Below, in pieces: positions 25,401 through 38,934 of a stretch of 64,000 bases of DNA; position 1 is the first letter of the stretch, and every line of letters starts with the position of its first letter. The DNA is taken from assembly GCA_951406725.2 (NCBI GenBank), contig OX597833.1, positions 24,428,001-24,492,000 on the forward strand. Direction: 5' to 3'. This DNA is from Octopus vulgaris. Its lineage: Eukaryota. The translations under genes were made by a program, and so were the position numbers. Under the pieces are notes generated by a model that searched no databases, had not been told where the DNA came from, and saw only the letters and a list, made by a program, of their open reading frames with translations.

Positions 25401-26307
25401 CATCGCGTATGGGTCAATTCAATTGATTAATGATCTTAAAGTTTCTTGATTACTAATGACACAAGTGAGACCTTATGTATTCACAGAATCTGGAAGGCGT
25501 CTGATGAAACACCTTGGGATATTCCTTCTTGTTCTTTACATTCGGAGTTCAAATCCCGATGATTTCAACTTCGTTTTTCATCATTTCGGATAAATGAAAT
25601 AAAATACTAGGGTCAATATAATCGACTATTCGCTTTCACCGCAAGTTTCAGGCCTTCTGTGAACGTGAGAGTCAATTACTTGAATGCTATACTTCAAAAC
25701 TTGAATTCAATTCAGTTCAAAAACCAATCGATAGCTTGATATCCCTCTCACTCATCTAGCACCTTTAATTACTTATATCGATTTACACTAATCACATATT
25801 TACTATACACTTCACATTAATATTATTTTTTCTGTATTCTATAGGCATCAGTGTGTCGTTCAGAAGTTCGCTCTCCAATCACACAGTTTCAGGTTCACTC
25901 CTACCGCGAGGCACTTATGGCAGTTAAGGTCTACTATAGCCACTAGTGGAGCAGTTCCTTGCGAGTGAATTTAGTAGTAGACAGAAACTGAGTGGAAGAT
26001 CACCGTATATGTGTGTGTGTGTGTGTATATATATATATAGCCTCCACAGCTCTACGATAAAGATTCAGTCGAATTAGCTGGTAAATAGTTAGGCATTCCG
26101 CTGTGTGTAGCATGGTCGCATCACTTGAAATTCACGTACAATATCCAGCCCAGGAGCTCCTACATAGTTTCTGTTTACCCGGGTGCATTCAAAACTTAGG
26201 GGTCGACCGAAAGTTAAAATGACATTTGCACAAGATCTCACATGTTATGCTGAAACACTGGACCTCGTAGTTACGAAGCGTCTTCACTACAGGACCATAC
26301 AGCCCCT

Positions 26308-26346
<39 letters not shown>

Positions 26347-26399
26347 TGCTTATATATACTTATCCACACATATGTAACTATATGTGGACTGGCGATATT

Positions 26400-26578
26400 T
26401 TATCCTCCTTCCTTCTGTTTTTTTTTTTGGACATTCCTATGTCACGTGTTTCCGAAAAAGAGCTTTACTCGAAACGTGAAACAGCCGCTCTTTCTTTCCC
26501 TCTCTGAGCGTCTTATTATTACTTTGTATTTACCATATACTCGCGTTGTTATTTTTCTGTCTCTTTTTTTTATTAATC
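26400..26578 (+). mobile_element. HHR family 2 repeat, degenerate copy
   Basis: GTGTTTCCGAAAAAGAGCTTTACTCGAAACGTGAAACA plus shared downstream TTCCCTCTCTGAGCGTC...CTCGCGTTGTT. Confidence 0.6.
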
Positions 26579-26610
<32 letters not shown>

Positions 26611-27799
26611 ATATACATACATACATACATATACATATATACATGTATTTATATATATCCATATATACGTATTCTGAGCGAAAACACCTTAAGTTCTAAA
26701 AGGCTCTAGCTAGGGCTGGTGGCGAATCCTGCTGTATTCTTTCACTACAACTTTCTTTCACTCTTTCTTCCTGTTTCTGTTGTACCTGTATTTCAAAGGG
26801 TCAACCTTGTCACACTCTGTGTCATACTGAATCTCCCCGAGAATTACGTTAAGGTTACACGTGTCTGTGGAGTGCTCAGCCACTTGCACGTTAATTTCAC
26901 GAGCAGTCTGTTCCGTTGATCGAATCAACTAGAACCCTCGTCATACCCCTCCCCCACAATGTATGTACATATACATGACAAAAGGACAGGAATATATAGA
27001 GCTCTAAAACCTTTCTGTAACTATGCAAAATAATGATAGATAGATAGAATTTAGTGAGCCTTTGAGACTGCCATCTTTATCTATGGTTGTAGCACGGTTT
27101 TTCGGAATGGCATATGAGTAACAAAGAAATAAAACTTGCAATAAAGTTTTAATATAACTTTCATCCACACACATAAAAATAGAAGTTTTTTGTATATTAA
27201 ATATGTCTGTTCATGGTGGGACGCATGTTTTTTTGAGAATCGAAGTGTGTCATGGGATAAAAAATCTTGACGTCTCGATAAACACTACTAAAGATTAACT
27301 GAAATATAGCGAGGAAAGAATCGGTGTTTTAGTGAAGGTTAGTAACTGAAGCTTAAACTTTTAGCATTTAAACCAGCCATATCCAGCACAAATATTCTAC
27401 CTGTTTTCGGCTCCAACACTAAAATTACATCATCGAAAAATCGAAACTATGCGATAATGCATACTCAGTTCGAAGCAAGTAATCAGGATGCTTTATATAT
27501 ATATATATATATATATATATCTTCTTAATCCTTTTTGCCCATTGTGGAGCATAGGGCCGGTTTCCCGGTTTCCTTGGCGTATAGGTTCTCCACCTGGACA
27601 GGACGCCAGTTAGTTGCAGATGAGCTGCAAGATGCGGGAGGAAAGAGTGAGAGAAAGTTGTGGCGAAAGAGTCAGCAGAAGTTTGCCGTTACCTTCTGCC
27701 GGAGCCGCGTGGAGGGAGCTTAGGTGCTTTGCTCATAAACACACACATCGCCCGGTCTGAGATTCGAACCCGCTGCTGTAACCACTTGGCTATGTGCCT

Positions 27800-27852
<53 letters not shown>

Positions 27853-27918
27853 GGTCCCGGGTTGATTCGGGGTTAACCACAGTAAATAAGGTACTCAATA
27901 CATAGCAGAGTAAAATTA

Positions 27919-28044
27919 ATTTATTATATAGAAGGAGCTTCTACAGGACTAGAACTGTTTCATTCAAGAGAAATCTTCAGGAAGCTCCTGAAGATTTCTC
28001 TTGAATGAAACAGTTCTAGTCCTGTAGAAGCTCCTTCTATATAA

Positions 28045-28049
<5 letters not shown>
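27919..28049. repeat. Perfect 64-bp-arm palindrome (3-nt spacer) within an insert in (TA)n
   Basis: Arms 27919-27982 and 27986-28049 are exact reverse complements. Confidence 0.95.
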
Positions 28050-28085
<36 letters not shown>

Positions 28086-28374
28086 ATGTGTCACACGTAC
28101 ATATATGTAACGTCGTCATGGTTTTCAAACGAAGATCGCAATGCTTCGAAGTCCTAACCAGAAATTATTTCTTGTAGTTTGTATTCGGATAGGCGAATGG
28201 TCCATCAGTAAAATGCTCGTAATAAATTACTTCCTTTCAAGTGGAACACAGCGGCAGTTCTTGATATTCCTTTTTATCTCCTCCCCATAATTCTCATAAA
28301 AATTGCTGTGGGTAGGTCTATCATTAAAACTAATGTGCGTTGTCTTAACGAAAGAAAATACTTATTTATATTGA

Positions 28375-28552
28375 TTTCAAATTTTGGCACGAGACCAGAA
28401 ATTGCGGGGGAATGGGTAAGTCCATTACAAAGACCCTAGTGTTCAACTAATACTTATTTCATCGACCTCGAACGGATGAATGCAAAGTCGACCGCTGCAT
28501 AATTTGAACTCGGAACGCGAAGATAGACAAAATGCGGCTAAGAATTTTTTTC
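28375..28552 (-). mobile_element. SINE family A, degenerate
   Basis: Similarity to family consensus. Confidence 0.7.
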
Positions 28553-29479
28553 GTTGTTGTTGTCGTTCTTCATTTCACAGGAAGAAATCATTTGTGATGA
28601 GACATGGAGAAGAATGGGCACTAGCAGCAGGTTTCAGCTGCCCAAAACAAGTCCCGTATGTCGACGCAGTCGTCTCGAATCCAAAAGGAAATGATGACTC
28701 AAAACAAAGCAATGTACCTATTTTGTCAACTCCAGAAAGAGGGAAAAACAACTTCGATCCCAGTTTAAAGAAGAAAAAAAATATTAAACACAGGGCGTGG
28801 GTTGCAGTGATAATCCATAGTCAAACAGAGTTAGCGGTATTATGGTAATATGTTGGCAAGCTTGCGGCTGGATGTGCTTTTGGTAAATACATCGGCAAAC
28901 ATAACACTGAGATTATGTATTCATAAAGCCATTGGCAAACAGTAAGTTGACGTTATTGTGATATAATTCCTTTCGGTAAACGTGAATTGGAGTGGGATAA
29001 TGAGAGGGTCAACATAATATCAGCGAAAAAAATCTGTCGGGAAGAAAATTATGTTAATTTAAAACTCGTGTCTGGTTTACACACTCGTAAAATGAATAAT
29101 GTTTCTGCTTACATATCTTTTATGAGATGTGTACAAGTGAAAAGCAAGATTTAATTAATTTTGGAGAAGTAATTCTGATTTCTCTGTACTGGAAATATCT
29201 AAAGAAACATACATTAAGTGGCTGTTTAATTCTCTCTAGGTCTAGCTAAATCGATCAAACTTACGATTAAAGACATTCTAACTCTGACCACCCTGATTTT
29301 TTATATCCGGTTTATATAGATTGGGTGTTCTTTTTTAATATTGCCCACTTTTTACCTATATGTGGAAGCGCAATGGCCCAGTGGTTAGGGCAGCGGACTC
29401 GCGGCCGGAGGATCGCGGTTTCGATTCCCAGACCGGGCGTTGTGTGTGTTTATTGAGCAAAAACACCTATATTGCAACT

Positions 29480-30060
29480 AATGAAATATTTCGAGTAATA
29501 TAAAAGAAATGAAAAGGGGGCGAGCAGGCAAAATCGTTAGCAGGCTGGATAAACACCTGCTGTTGCATTGGAGAAGAGTACAACTGTCGAGCGAATCTGT
29601 AATAAGGATCGTTCCGCCGACCTCCCTGAATAGGGAAGAGCCAGCCTGTTTTCTCTCGGTAGTTGATGTTGTGAAAGAGGTAGTATGGAAGATGAGAGTG
29701 AAAGGAGTTGCAACAGGCATGTTCATCTCCAGTATCGAGCTAATCGACTTTTTGGTCTTCCACATGGAACGGAAAATAAGGCTGGAGAAGAAATGCTTGT
29801 CGCGAAGTGTATTTCCTAAAAGATGGAAGTCTATAGCAAGTATGTTGCGAGTGAAAGAACCTGCCTAAACGAGAATATAAAAAGGACAAAGCAAAGTCTT
29901 CAGTGTGAGTATGTGGTTTGTGGGGTCAAATTTAATTGTATATATTTTAATTGTTTGTTTATTCATACGTTTCGTCTTATTCGATACCCTAACCCCAATG
30001 TTTGTTTTGTCTGTCCTCGTATCGTCTCCTCTTTTTCTCAACCTCATGATTAATAAAGAA
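29480..30060 (+). mobile_element. 3' fragment of a second Tx1/L1-clade LINE subfamily
   Basis: VQLSSESVIRIVPPTSLNREEPACFLSVVDVVKEVVWKMRVKG...FHMERKIRLEK aligns with the C-terminus of ORF 1136-1735. 3' UTR ends AATAAAGAA. Confidence 0.8.
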
Positions 30061-30133
30061 ATTGACTGCAATATTCCTGTACTACAAGATAGTTTGCATG
30101 CCATATTTTTGTAACCATACATTTACGTTTTGC

Positions 30134-30233
30134 NNNNNNNNNNNNNNNNNNNNNNNNNNNNNNNNNNNNNNNNNNNNNNNNNNNNNNNNNNNNNNNNNNN
30201 NNNNNNNNNNNNNNNNNNNNNNNNNNNNNNNNN
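30134..30233. other. Assembly gap (100 N)
   Basis: Run of N. Confidence 1.
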
Positions 30234-30243
30234 ATTGACAAGA

Positions 30244-30460
30244 CGGCGAGCTAGCAGAATCGTTAGCACGCCGGACAAAATGCTTAGCGACATTTTGTTC
30301 ATCCTTACCTTCTGACTTCAAATTCCGCGTAGGTTAACGTCGCCTTTCATCCTTTCGGGGGTCGATAAATAAAGTAGCTGTTCTGCACTGGTGTTGATAT
30401 AATCGACTTAGTTCCTTCCCCAAACTTGCTGGCCTTGTGCCAAAATTTGAAACCAATATT
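30244..30460 (+). mobile_element. SINE family A, full length
   Basis: GGCGAGCTAGCAGAATCGTTAGCACGCCGG head, core and CCTTGTGCCAAAATTTGAAA tail. Confidence 0.85.
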
Positions 30461-32174
30461 AGGTATTGACTAATTACTATCTTTGTTTCCAACGCATAAA
30501 TTATTTCTAGTTGAGTTTTTAATCTCCTACTGTGAGATTATTTGGGCTGCGGCGTTACTATTAAATACAACATTTTCCCGTTTGCTTTTTGTGTTTGTGT
30601 AGTTATATTTTTAGGATTACTTTATATGTGAATGTATTAATTCATACATTCATTTCTTCCTGCTTTGCTGCCAGACCATGAGTGCGGATCTTTTGAGGAT
30701 TCATTGGAAGAATTTTAATTGTTTTAAGTGTTATCAGATTTTCCATAAGAGGGTCATAAAAGTCACATCAGAAAACTTTTGACATCTCGCGTTTAATTGT
30801 GACTGTTCTAACGCTGTTGTTATTATTTTTATTTTCAGTATGGCTTACAGGGGTCATCGCGGACATGTTTGACGTTGATGATAATTTTATGTTTGTGACA
30901 CAGATAAAAAAAATATATAACCACTCCCATTAACCCTAGCACAACAATACCAAAACTACATAAAATAGAACAAGGTCTAACACTTGATGGAGCACTCTAA
31001 CTACTTACAAAGGCGCCATAGAGTAGAGTCGGCGGAGTGTCGGAAAAAATTCCTTTAAAGTACATAGTTACGTATCTACGTTTCTGAATTAAAATGCCAT
31101 TGTGGTCGACCTCGCCTTTCGACTCTTCTGGTTCGATAATAAGTGAGGTTGATTTAATCAAGTAACTCACCGCCGCCACTACTGCAATGTTAAAAATGTG
31201 TTGAGGTGGCAACATTTCTTCGCACGTCTTATATTCAGAGTTCAAATCTCGCCCTTGATGTCTTTGTCTTTCAATACTCCAACAATAATTCAAACTAGCG
31301 GGACCTGTGAATATTTCATGGAATTAATGGTAAACCTTATTGGGTTATTTCTGAAAACCTTATCCAAAAAACCTGAAAGAGTAGCCTGTGTTGTGTCTGT
31401 ATGAAAAGTTAGTCGCTCATCTGCTAATCATTGAAAAGTGAAGGAAATTGGAATGCGATGATTAACTTAATGCACTTAATATATACACTTTATATACTTT
31501 ATATACAATTTTATAGACTTAATATATAGTAGTCATAAAATTAATGGTAACTCTTATTTTTCTATTTTTTCCCTAAACAAACAAAAAATCCCGTACATAT
31601 GATACAGCCTTTAGTTGCGTATATCTACCATATACATAAGCATGAATGTCATGGAATTGCACTTATGCGCATGCGTTAAGTGATATCTATATATATATAA
31701 AACTTAGTTCAATTAAAAAAAGAATACACTTTTCACTATCCAATCACCTCCATCTCCACCACCACCGCATCATCTCTCTCTGTCTCTTCCTCTCTGTCTC
31801 CCTCCTCTCTGTCTCTCTCTGTGCCTTTCTTTAACCTCACCATCAGAACATCAGTCCACTGCTAAAATGATTACGTTCCCCCTACTTCACGTGATGGATG
31901 CTTCTCTCTGTCTTTCTTTCTCCCGCTGTTTCACTCTTCGCCTTATCCTCTCCTTCTCCTCTCTCCTTTTAGTTTCTCCTCTCTTTCCCTTCAAAAATCA
32001 CGTGAAAGCGTTGCAGTTATATTCCCTCTATTTCACGTTATGGGTTCTTCTCTGTCCCTATTTTCTTTCTTCCTTTCTTTTCTCTAATCACGTGAAAGCG
32101 TTACCGACGGGTTAAGTAACGCAATGACAAACTGAATCATTATCAGATGATTATCATTTGATATAGAGTCAACA

Positions 32175-32830
32175 TTTTAAGAAGGGGCTAGTCGATCAAA
32201 TCGATCTCGTATTTGATGGGCACTCCGTTTTACTGACCCTTGAGGAATCAAAGACTAAGTTGACCTCGGGCAGTTATAAATTCTGAACGTATAGGGCTGC
32301 TCTATCGATTTTTGCTAATCGCAATGATTGATTCAAATTTCTTCCGACATTTTAACGATTCTGCCAATTCACCAGCCTCAGCGATAATCATTCCTAATTT
32401 AAGCATAAAACCAGCAATGTTGGTGGGTCAAACGATACCGTCGACCCCAGTACTTGACTGGTACATTCTTTTGCTGGCACCGGAAGGATGAAAGGAAAAG
32501 TTGACCTCACTGTCATTTGAACTCAGAACGTAAAAATATGAAATTGCCGCTAAGCATTTTGTCCGGCGTGCTTAATGAGCCCAGCAGCTCGCCGCCTTAC
32601 TATATAATAATAACAATTCTAATTTAGGCACAAGACATCAAATTTTGTGGAAGTGATGCTCGTCGATTATATTGGCTCCATAGCTCAAATGGCTCTTATT
32701 TTATCGACCTTAAAAGGATGAAAGGCAAAATCGGTGTCTACGAAATTTGAACTCAGTACACAAAGACCGACGAAATGCCGCTAATCACTTTGTCCTCCAT
32801 GCTAGTGATCCAATCATATTACCACCTTTG
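32175..32830 (-). mobile_element. Three head-to-tail SINE family A copies
   Basis: Copies at ~32175-32380, 32395-32600 and 32620-32830. Confidence 0.75.
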
Positions 32831-33445
32831 CTGGTCAGAATAATGATATCTATCACTCATCGGTGTAACGGGATTTGAACACAGAAAGGAAATCTAGAAT
32901 GCTGGAGACAACATGAAGTTGATATACATAACTAAAAAAATACCCGAAGAAGTTAATCTTTTCCACCACTACGCTTCCACGCAAGAGACATATAAATAAA
33001 GGTTAAATATATCTGACAATGCTTACAACGTTTTAGCACAATATTTACACCCGAGACGGAACTGATCTGAGAAACACAATCCTGAGGTAGCAAGAAACGA
33101 TATGTCTTCGTGTAAATCAGTAGATCCTGCACGTGTATATACGGTAGTAACCGAATATCTTGCATTGAGACTTGCGATATTCGGTTGACGTTTTATTTTT
33201 TTTATATATTTACTGTGCAAAATCAATCTTCAAGTATTTTATTACTGGTTCAAGTTACAGAGTTAAAAGCTATATCTACAATAAACCATAAACACATCTT
33301 CATCTGTCACTTGGTGGTTCTTTTTGATATATAGACTTACACGCACACACACACATACACACAAACGCATTCATATATACAGTGCATGTGAATGTGTATA
33401 TATACTTGTGTGAGGATATATGTATATATATATAATGAAGAGTAA

Positions 33446-33476
<31 letters not shown>

Positions 33477-34117
33477 ACATATGTATATATATTATATAAT
33501 GTATGATACATACATATGTCATATGATATATATATTATATAATGTGTGATATATACATATGTTATATAATATATATATTATATAATATATGTATATATAT
33601 TATGTAATGTATGGTATATACATACGTTAAATAATACATATATTTATATACATTATGTAATATATATATACACACATATAGTATCCATACACATATATAC
33701 ATGCATATATATAATGTGTAAATATTTATCACACACACATGTGCACACATACAACCACATACATACACACACATATGCGCGTACACAAACGCACACACAC
33801 TCATGTTTATGCAAAGACATAATTTTACATATACGTGTTAGTGTGTTTACATCACCGTAACCTAGTGGTCCGGCAAAAGAAACTGATAGAATAAATACCA
33901 GGCTTTGAAAATTAAGTAATGGGATTGATTCTTCGTTCTACTGAATTTTTTTATGGCGGTGCTCCAGTAAGGCCGCAGGCTAATGGTTGAAATAAATAAA
34001 AGAGTATGTATATATATATAGGTTTATGCACCTGTTTTGCAAGATTCCTGATGTGGAAATCTGTGGAAACAGATATTGCTATACTTGGAGATGGTCATAT
34101 GTTTTGCAAATTATAGT

Positions 34118-34200
34118 GCACCTGATGAAGGCCGGAGGGTATATCAGCCAAAACGTTGTGTTAACAAACGATAAGGACAAATATCCGTCAAAGGTAAATA
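34118..34200 (+). ncRNA. Minimal type I HHR (family 1) with tail, headless copy, core mutated
   Basis: GCAC-CTGATGA-AGGCCG..CAGCC-AAAACG-TT-GTGT (GAAA changed to AAAA), followed by the family tail AGGACAAATATCCGTC. Confidence 0.65.
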
Positions 34201-34295
34201 ATCACTTATATATAGAACTGTATTATAGTTCTGACCATCCCACTAATATAACAATATATATAAATCCAAATTGAGGGAATATAGTGGCCCCAGCT

Positions 34296-34363
34296 TAATA
34301 TTTATAGCAACCTTTCTAGAGTTGCAGTGAATGCGAATTCTAGAAAGGTCGTTATAAATATTA
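34296..34363. other. Isolated 68-nt hairpin (pre-miRNA-sized)
   Basis: ~31-bp stem with 2 G-U pairs, 1 mismatch, 1 bulge and a 5-nt loop. Confidence 0.6.
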
Positions 34364-34681
34364 TTTACTCAATCAAATTTGATTTTTATTCACGTTCGTA
34401 ACAACTCTATTTGCTAATCGTGAGCTATACAGACATTTTGAGCTAATCAAATTTTCTCGAAACGTCGATATGGGAAGAAGTGTATAACGTTCGACGCCTA
34501 TAAATTCTCATATATGTATGTATATATACATACATACATATATGTATAATCAGCCGAAATTGCGAAGATTATCTGGTTCTTGACTGATGACTGAGAGCTT
34601 CTGACTGTGTTTTTTGTCGTTTTTTTGTCGTCTTCTAAATGTTTCACGTTCTTGTCCCAGTTTGTGTATTTTTTAAACTTT

Positions 34682-34744
<63 letters not shown>

Positions 34745-34746
<2 letters not shown>

Positions 34747-34950
34747 AGTTAATCCAAACATGAACAAAGAGAAACAAAACAACGCGGGGACGTGGAACAA
34801 GTATAGTGTTATTGGATTCTCAGGAAAGGAAAGAAAGAAGGAGGATTTAACGTTTCGAGCGGAGCTCTTCGTCAGAAACATAGAAAAAAAGGAAAAGTCC
34901 AAGGAAGGGAAGACGGGGAAAGAAAATCGCCAATGATACAAACGCGGTCA
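34745..34950 (-). mobile_element. HHR family 2 repeat with intact minimal hammerhead core (34845-34880)
   Basis: Minus strand TTT-CTGACGA-A-GAGC-TCC-GCTC-GAAACG-TT-AAA. Located between (TA)n and (CA)n. Confidence 0.75.
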
Positions 34951-34991
34951 CACACACACACACACACACATACACACACACATATGTATGT

Positions 34992-35052
<61 letters not shown>

Positions 35053-36272
35053 TAAGTGTGTGTCTTCGTGTTTCTTTCCCACCCCCTCTTGACAACCGGT
35101 GTTGATATGTTTGCGTCTCCATAACTTATCCGTTCTCTTGAATAAGTACTAGGCTTTAAAATAAATTAGTATACTGGGGTCTATTCGTTCGATTGAAAAC
35201 ATTTCAAAGTAATGATATCAAAGTCCAATCGAAAAGTAGTCAAGTTTTCGGCATTGAGCAGCAAACAGTGAATAACTTAAGGGATGGATTGAAGAAAGAT
35301 ATTGCCGGGTGAAAAAGAGATTTAAGATGTTGCATAAGGATTCTGGGCAAAGAGGGCTGGTAAGAGGAAAGTTATAAAACACCAGTTTGAAACTTAGAGA
35401 TGTTACGAAATCTATGTCACCATATTGTGTTTCTTATTGAAAGTGTTTCGATATGAAAGAAGAGTTCACCAAACGGACCAAATGCACTAATGACAATGTT
35501 GTTTATAGCAATGTTGTTATAAAGTTTGTAATATTGCTTATAATATTCAAGTGGTTCTTTATTTCAATATGGCGTCCAGTGTTATCTGGCATTTTCATTG
35601 AGATTTAAGCCTACTTATAAAGGACCAGTTTAAAGGTAACTGGATTTGCTCGAGTCATTCTTCATTATAATTTAAGGCTGCCAGTAACATCTCACAATGA
35701 AATATCTGGGTATATTATATATATTTTCTGAATCTTTGGAGCACTATGTTCATGCCATTTTGTGTGTGTGTCCCTGATGTTCTTAGACACCACAAGACTG
35801 AAACAATGTAAGACAAAAATTGGTGAAAAATTTGTCAATAGCGGTTTGAAGTGTGCAAAGGAACTCTATATATATCTATGAAGATTCTCAACAAGGCTTG
35901 AAATAAGGCAAAGAATGTACCCTTCGTTAAAACGATACTAAACACTAAACGCAATATTATAAAACTTTGAAAAATGTCCTGACCTTTAGCTTGGACCAGG
36001 ACATTCACTAGCACCTAAAATGCGATATATTCTATTGAAGACCTTGAATATGAACGAAGTGTTGCATGAAATGAGCTAAAGTCCAAATGATTCGAATTGG
36101 CTAAAGAATTCTCCAACCAGGAATCCGAGGTTTAGTCATGAACGATGTGGTCTAACAAAAACAAATGCTGTCAGTTTTCCGAATAAGAGCCGTTATACAT
36201 GGTGCAACCAAACTAAAAGATGAGGGCAGGATTACTTGCAAGGAACAGCTAAACATGGAGGAGTTGGAGCTA

Positions 36273-36417
36273 TTGTATGGCGGGAGGAGGCAGTTCGTGC
36301 GTTGTATGGCGACAGGAGGCAGTTCGTGCGTTGTATTGCAGGAAGAGGTAGTTTGCTCGTTGTATGGCAGGAGGAGGTAGTTTGTGCGTTGTATGGCGGG
36401 AGGAGGCACTTTGTGCG
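36273..36417. repeat. 29-bp minisatellite, 5 diverged copies
   Basis: Unit TTGTATGGCGGGAGGAGGCAGTTCGTGCG at 36273, 36302, 36331, 36360 and 36389. Confidence 0.9.
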
Positions 36418-37036
36418 TTATGTGGATCGCGACTTATCTTTGTTGAAAAACTTTTAAATGGCTCAAAATACTTCAAGAGGTTCTAGTACTTGTTTATTCC
36501 AACGAAACGATTGATAAATCAACCAGTTTTCCTCGATTCCCTACAAAGTATCACAAGCTTGGAAAAGAATATATACTTTCATCGCTAAGTTAATCGATTC
36601 CTGCTTGATCGGATGGAAGCTGCGGTGATATTAGATAAAATATGCCCTACAAAATACTGAAACAAAATTTCGTTCATTTTCGATAGTTTTTCACAATGTT
36701 GTTTTATTGTTACTGCAAATGATACGGTTTAATTGCAAGTTCGCATATATATATTCGTTTTTAGAAAACTCCATTTGCCTTACTGTCCATGCGGTATCCT
36801 GTGTATGAATATTATGTGGACAAGCCATCTGGCCATATTTGTTTTCGTCGAAGAACAGTTTTGACCTTAACGTCAAAATTCATCTTCTCATGAAGCAAGA
36901 AATTATTATATTTTACGACTTTTATTACCTGTTTCTCTCGTAGAATAGCTGTCTGACAAGCAGGCTCACTTAAATTCTCTCTCTCTCTCTCTCTCTCTCT
37001 CATTCACAGCTTAAGTGTTCTGTACTCAACAATCAG

Positions 37037-37090
<54 letters not shown>

Positions 37091-38317
37091 CAATGCCATC
37101 ACCACCATTCTTCTGCCACCACCATATGATTAGTATAATATATATGCGATGATTATACTTTAAGAAAAACACTAACCTGGGTTTCATCATAGAACACACC
37201 ATTTCTTCGAAACGTAATTCAACCAATTATGGCGCCCACTTATATGCACGGCTGGATACGAATGGGGGATAATAAAATAGTAATGGATTCTCTTCCCCTT
37301 ACCCGCAGAACTCCCAAAGAGATAATGTTTGGAAGTGTTCCACAATCTCCGACCTGGAAATCTACATCAACATCGGAAATCTAAATCAACATCTCCCAGA
37401 ATATTCTCAAAATACATTGTTGTTTATACCATTCATTAATGGTATAGAAAATGTATGTATTGAATGCAGTTATTCTTGTACTTGGCTTGTTAGTTTCCTT
37501 CACCTCGAAAGAATGCAATTCTAAGTTGACCACGATGAGATTTGAACTCAAGACAGGGAGAGTCGAAATAAATATACAAATATTGTAAGACATTGTTCTT
37601 GACGCTAAACCAGTTCTGTTAATCCCCCAGTATTTTATATACAGGCGGAAGGCCGCATATTTTGAGAGGTGCAACAGTCGCTTATATCAACAACAAAAAT
37701 TCTGAGGGAAAAAGATTAGTCGATTAAATTGACACTAATATTTTGCCTGATATTTTATCCTTAATAATATCTAACATATCCATAATTATTTCTAGTATAG
37801 ACAGTTTTACTGGTCCCTGAATTGAATCTGGTGGCGTGATACGAAAACTCGCGCGCGTGCGTACGCACGAAGAGGCGTAAGTAATCAAAAAAATTGTTGG
37901 ACGTTTATAGTTCTGCCACCAAGTGAATTATAGAAATGACAAGGCCAACAGATTTAACATGGAATCTAACTTTGCTATCTCAGGAAATAACACTGAGATT
38001 ACGAAAATGAAAACATTTCAAGGAGTATTCTGTATAAATTACACAAGTTAACTGACTGCAAGCAAATTCGTGCTTATATACATACATACAGACATACATG
38101 TATGCGTATATGTGTGTGTGTATACGGTGTGTGTGTGTGTGTGCGTGTGCGTATGTGTGCATGCATGTGTGTGTTGCCTTCAAGATATGTATGTATAGAG
38201 GTTGTATGTATATGTAAATGTATGTAAATGCCTCTCGCACTCTCTCTCTCTCTCCTCCTTTCTCATTGCTCGACACATACAAACATATACTTGTATGTAT
38301 GCATGTATGTGTGTATG

Positions 38318-38359
<42 letters not shown>

Positions 38360-38881
38360 TAGATAGATATATGTTCATTTATTTTTATCCGGTGAACTAA
38401 TACAGTAGTTAAAACTTGTCCCACCCGTGTTGTCTTGTTTTTGTGCTCCATTTGTGTGCATGTGTGTGTGATTGAGAGAGAGAGAGAGAGAGAGAGTGTG
38501 TGTGTGTGTGTGTGTGAGAGTGTGTATCCTCATCTTTCCTGCTTTACAACCTCAAAACCAAGTCAGGCAGTTGTAAAACTTATCAGTAAAAAACAAAAGC
38601 TTCAAGAGTGTCTGTCCGACAGACATAATAAAATCAAGTATTTCGGGAGAAGTATAGGGGAGCAAAGGTACCACAACGACGCCAAACTCTCCATGGAGTC
38701 GCGTTTGGTGTGTATTTGGCTAGTTCAAACATTAATAGTACTGAGAGTGATTGTGGCACTTGCAGGAGTGGTGTAGGTAGTGGTTGTAGTGGTAGTGTTG
38801 ATTGTGGAAGCAGTAACGGTAGTGGTAGTTTCTGAAGTAGCAGCAGCAGCAGCAGTAGCAGTAGTAGTAGTAGTAGTAGTT

Positions 38882-38914
<33 letters not shown>

Positions 38915-38934
38915 ATGTGATAGCAGTAGTGGTT

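Noticed and set aside
31888-32102. Three TCACGTGA E-boxes and a 17-bp direct duplication
   Set aside because: They sit in a low-complexity pyrimidine tract and a local duplication explains them; there is no other regulatory evidence.
36273-36417. 29-bp repeats as a CRISPR array
   Set aside because: Units are directly adjacent with no spacers, the context is eukaryotic, and there are no cas genes.
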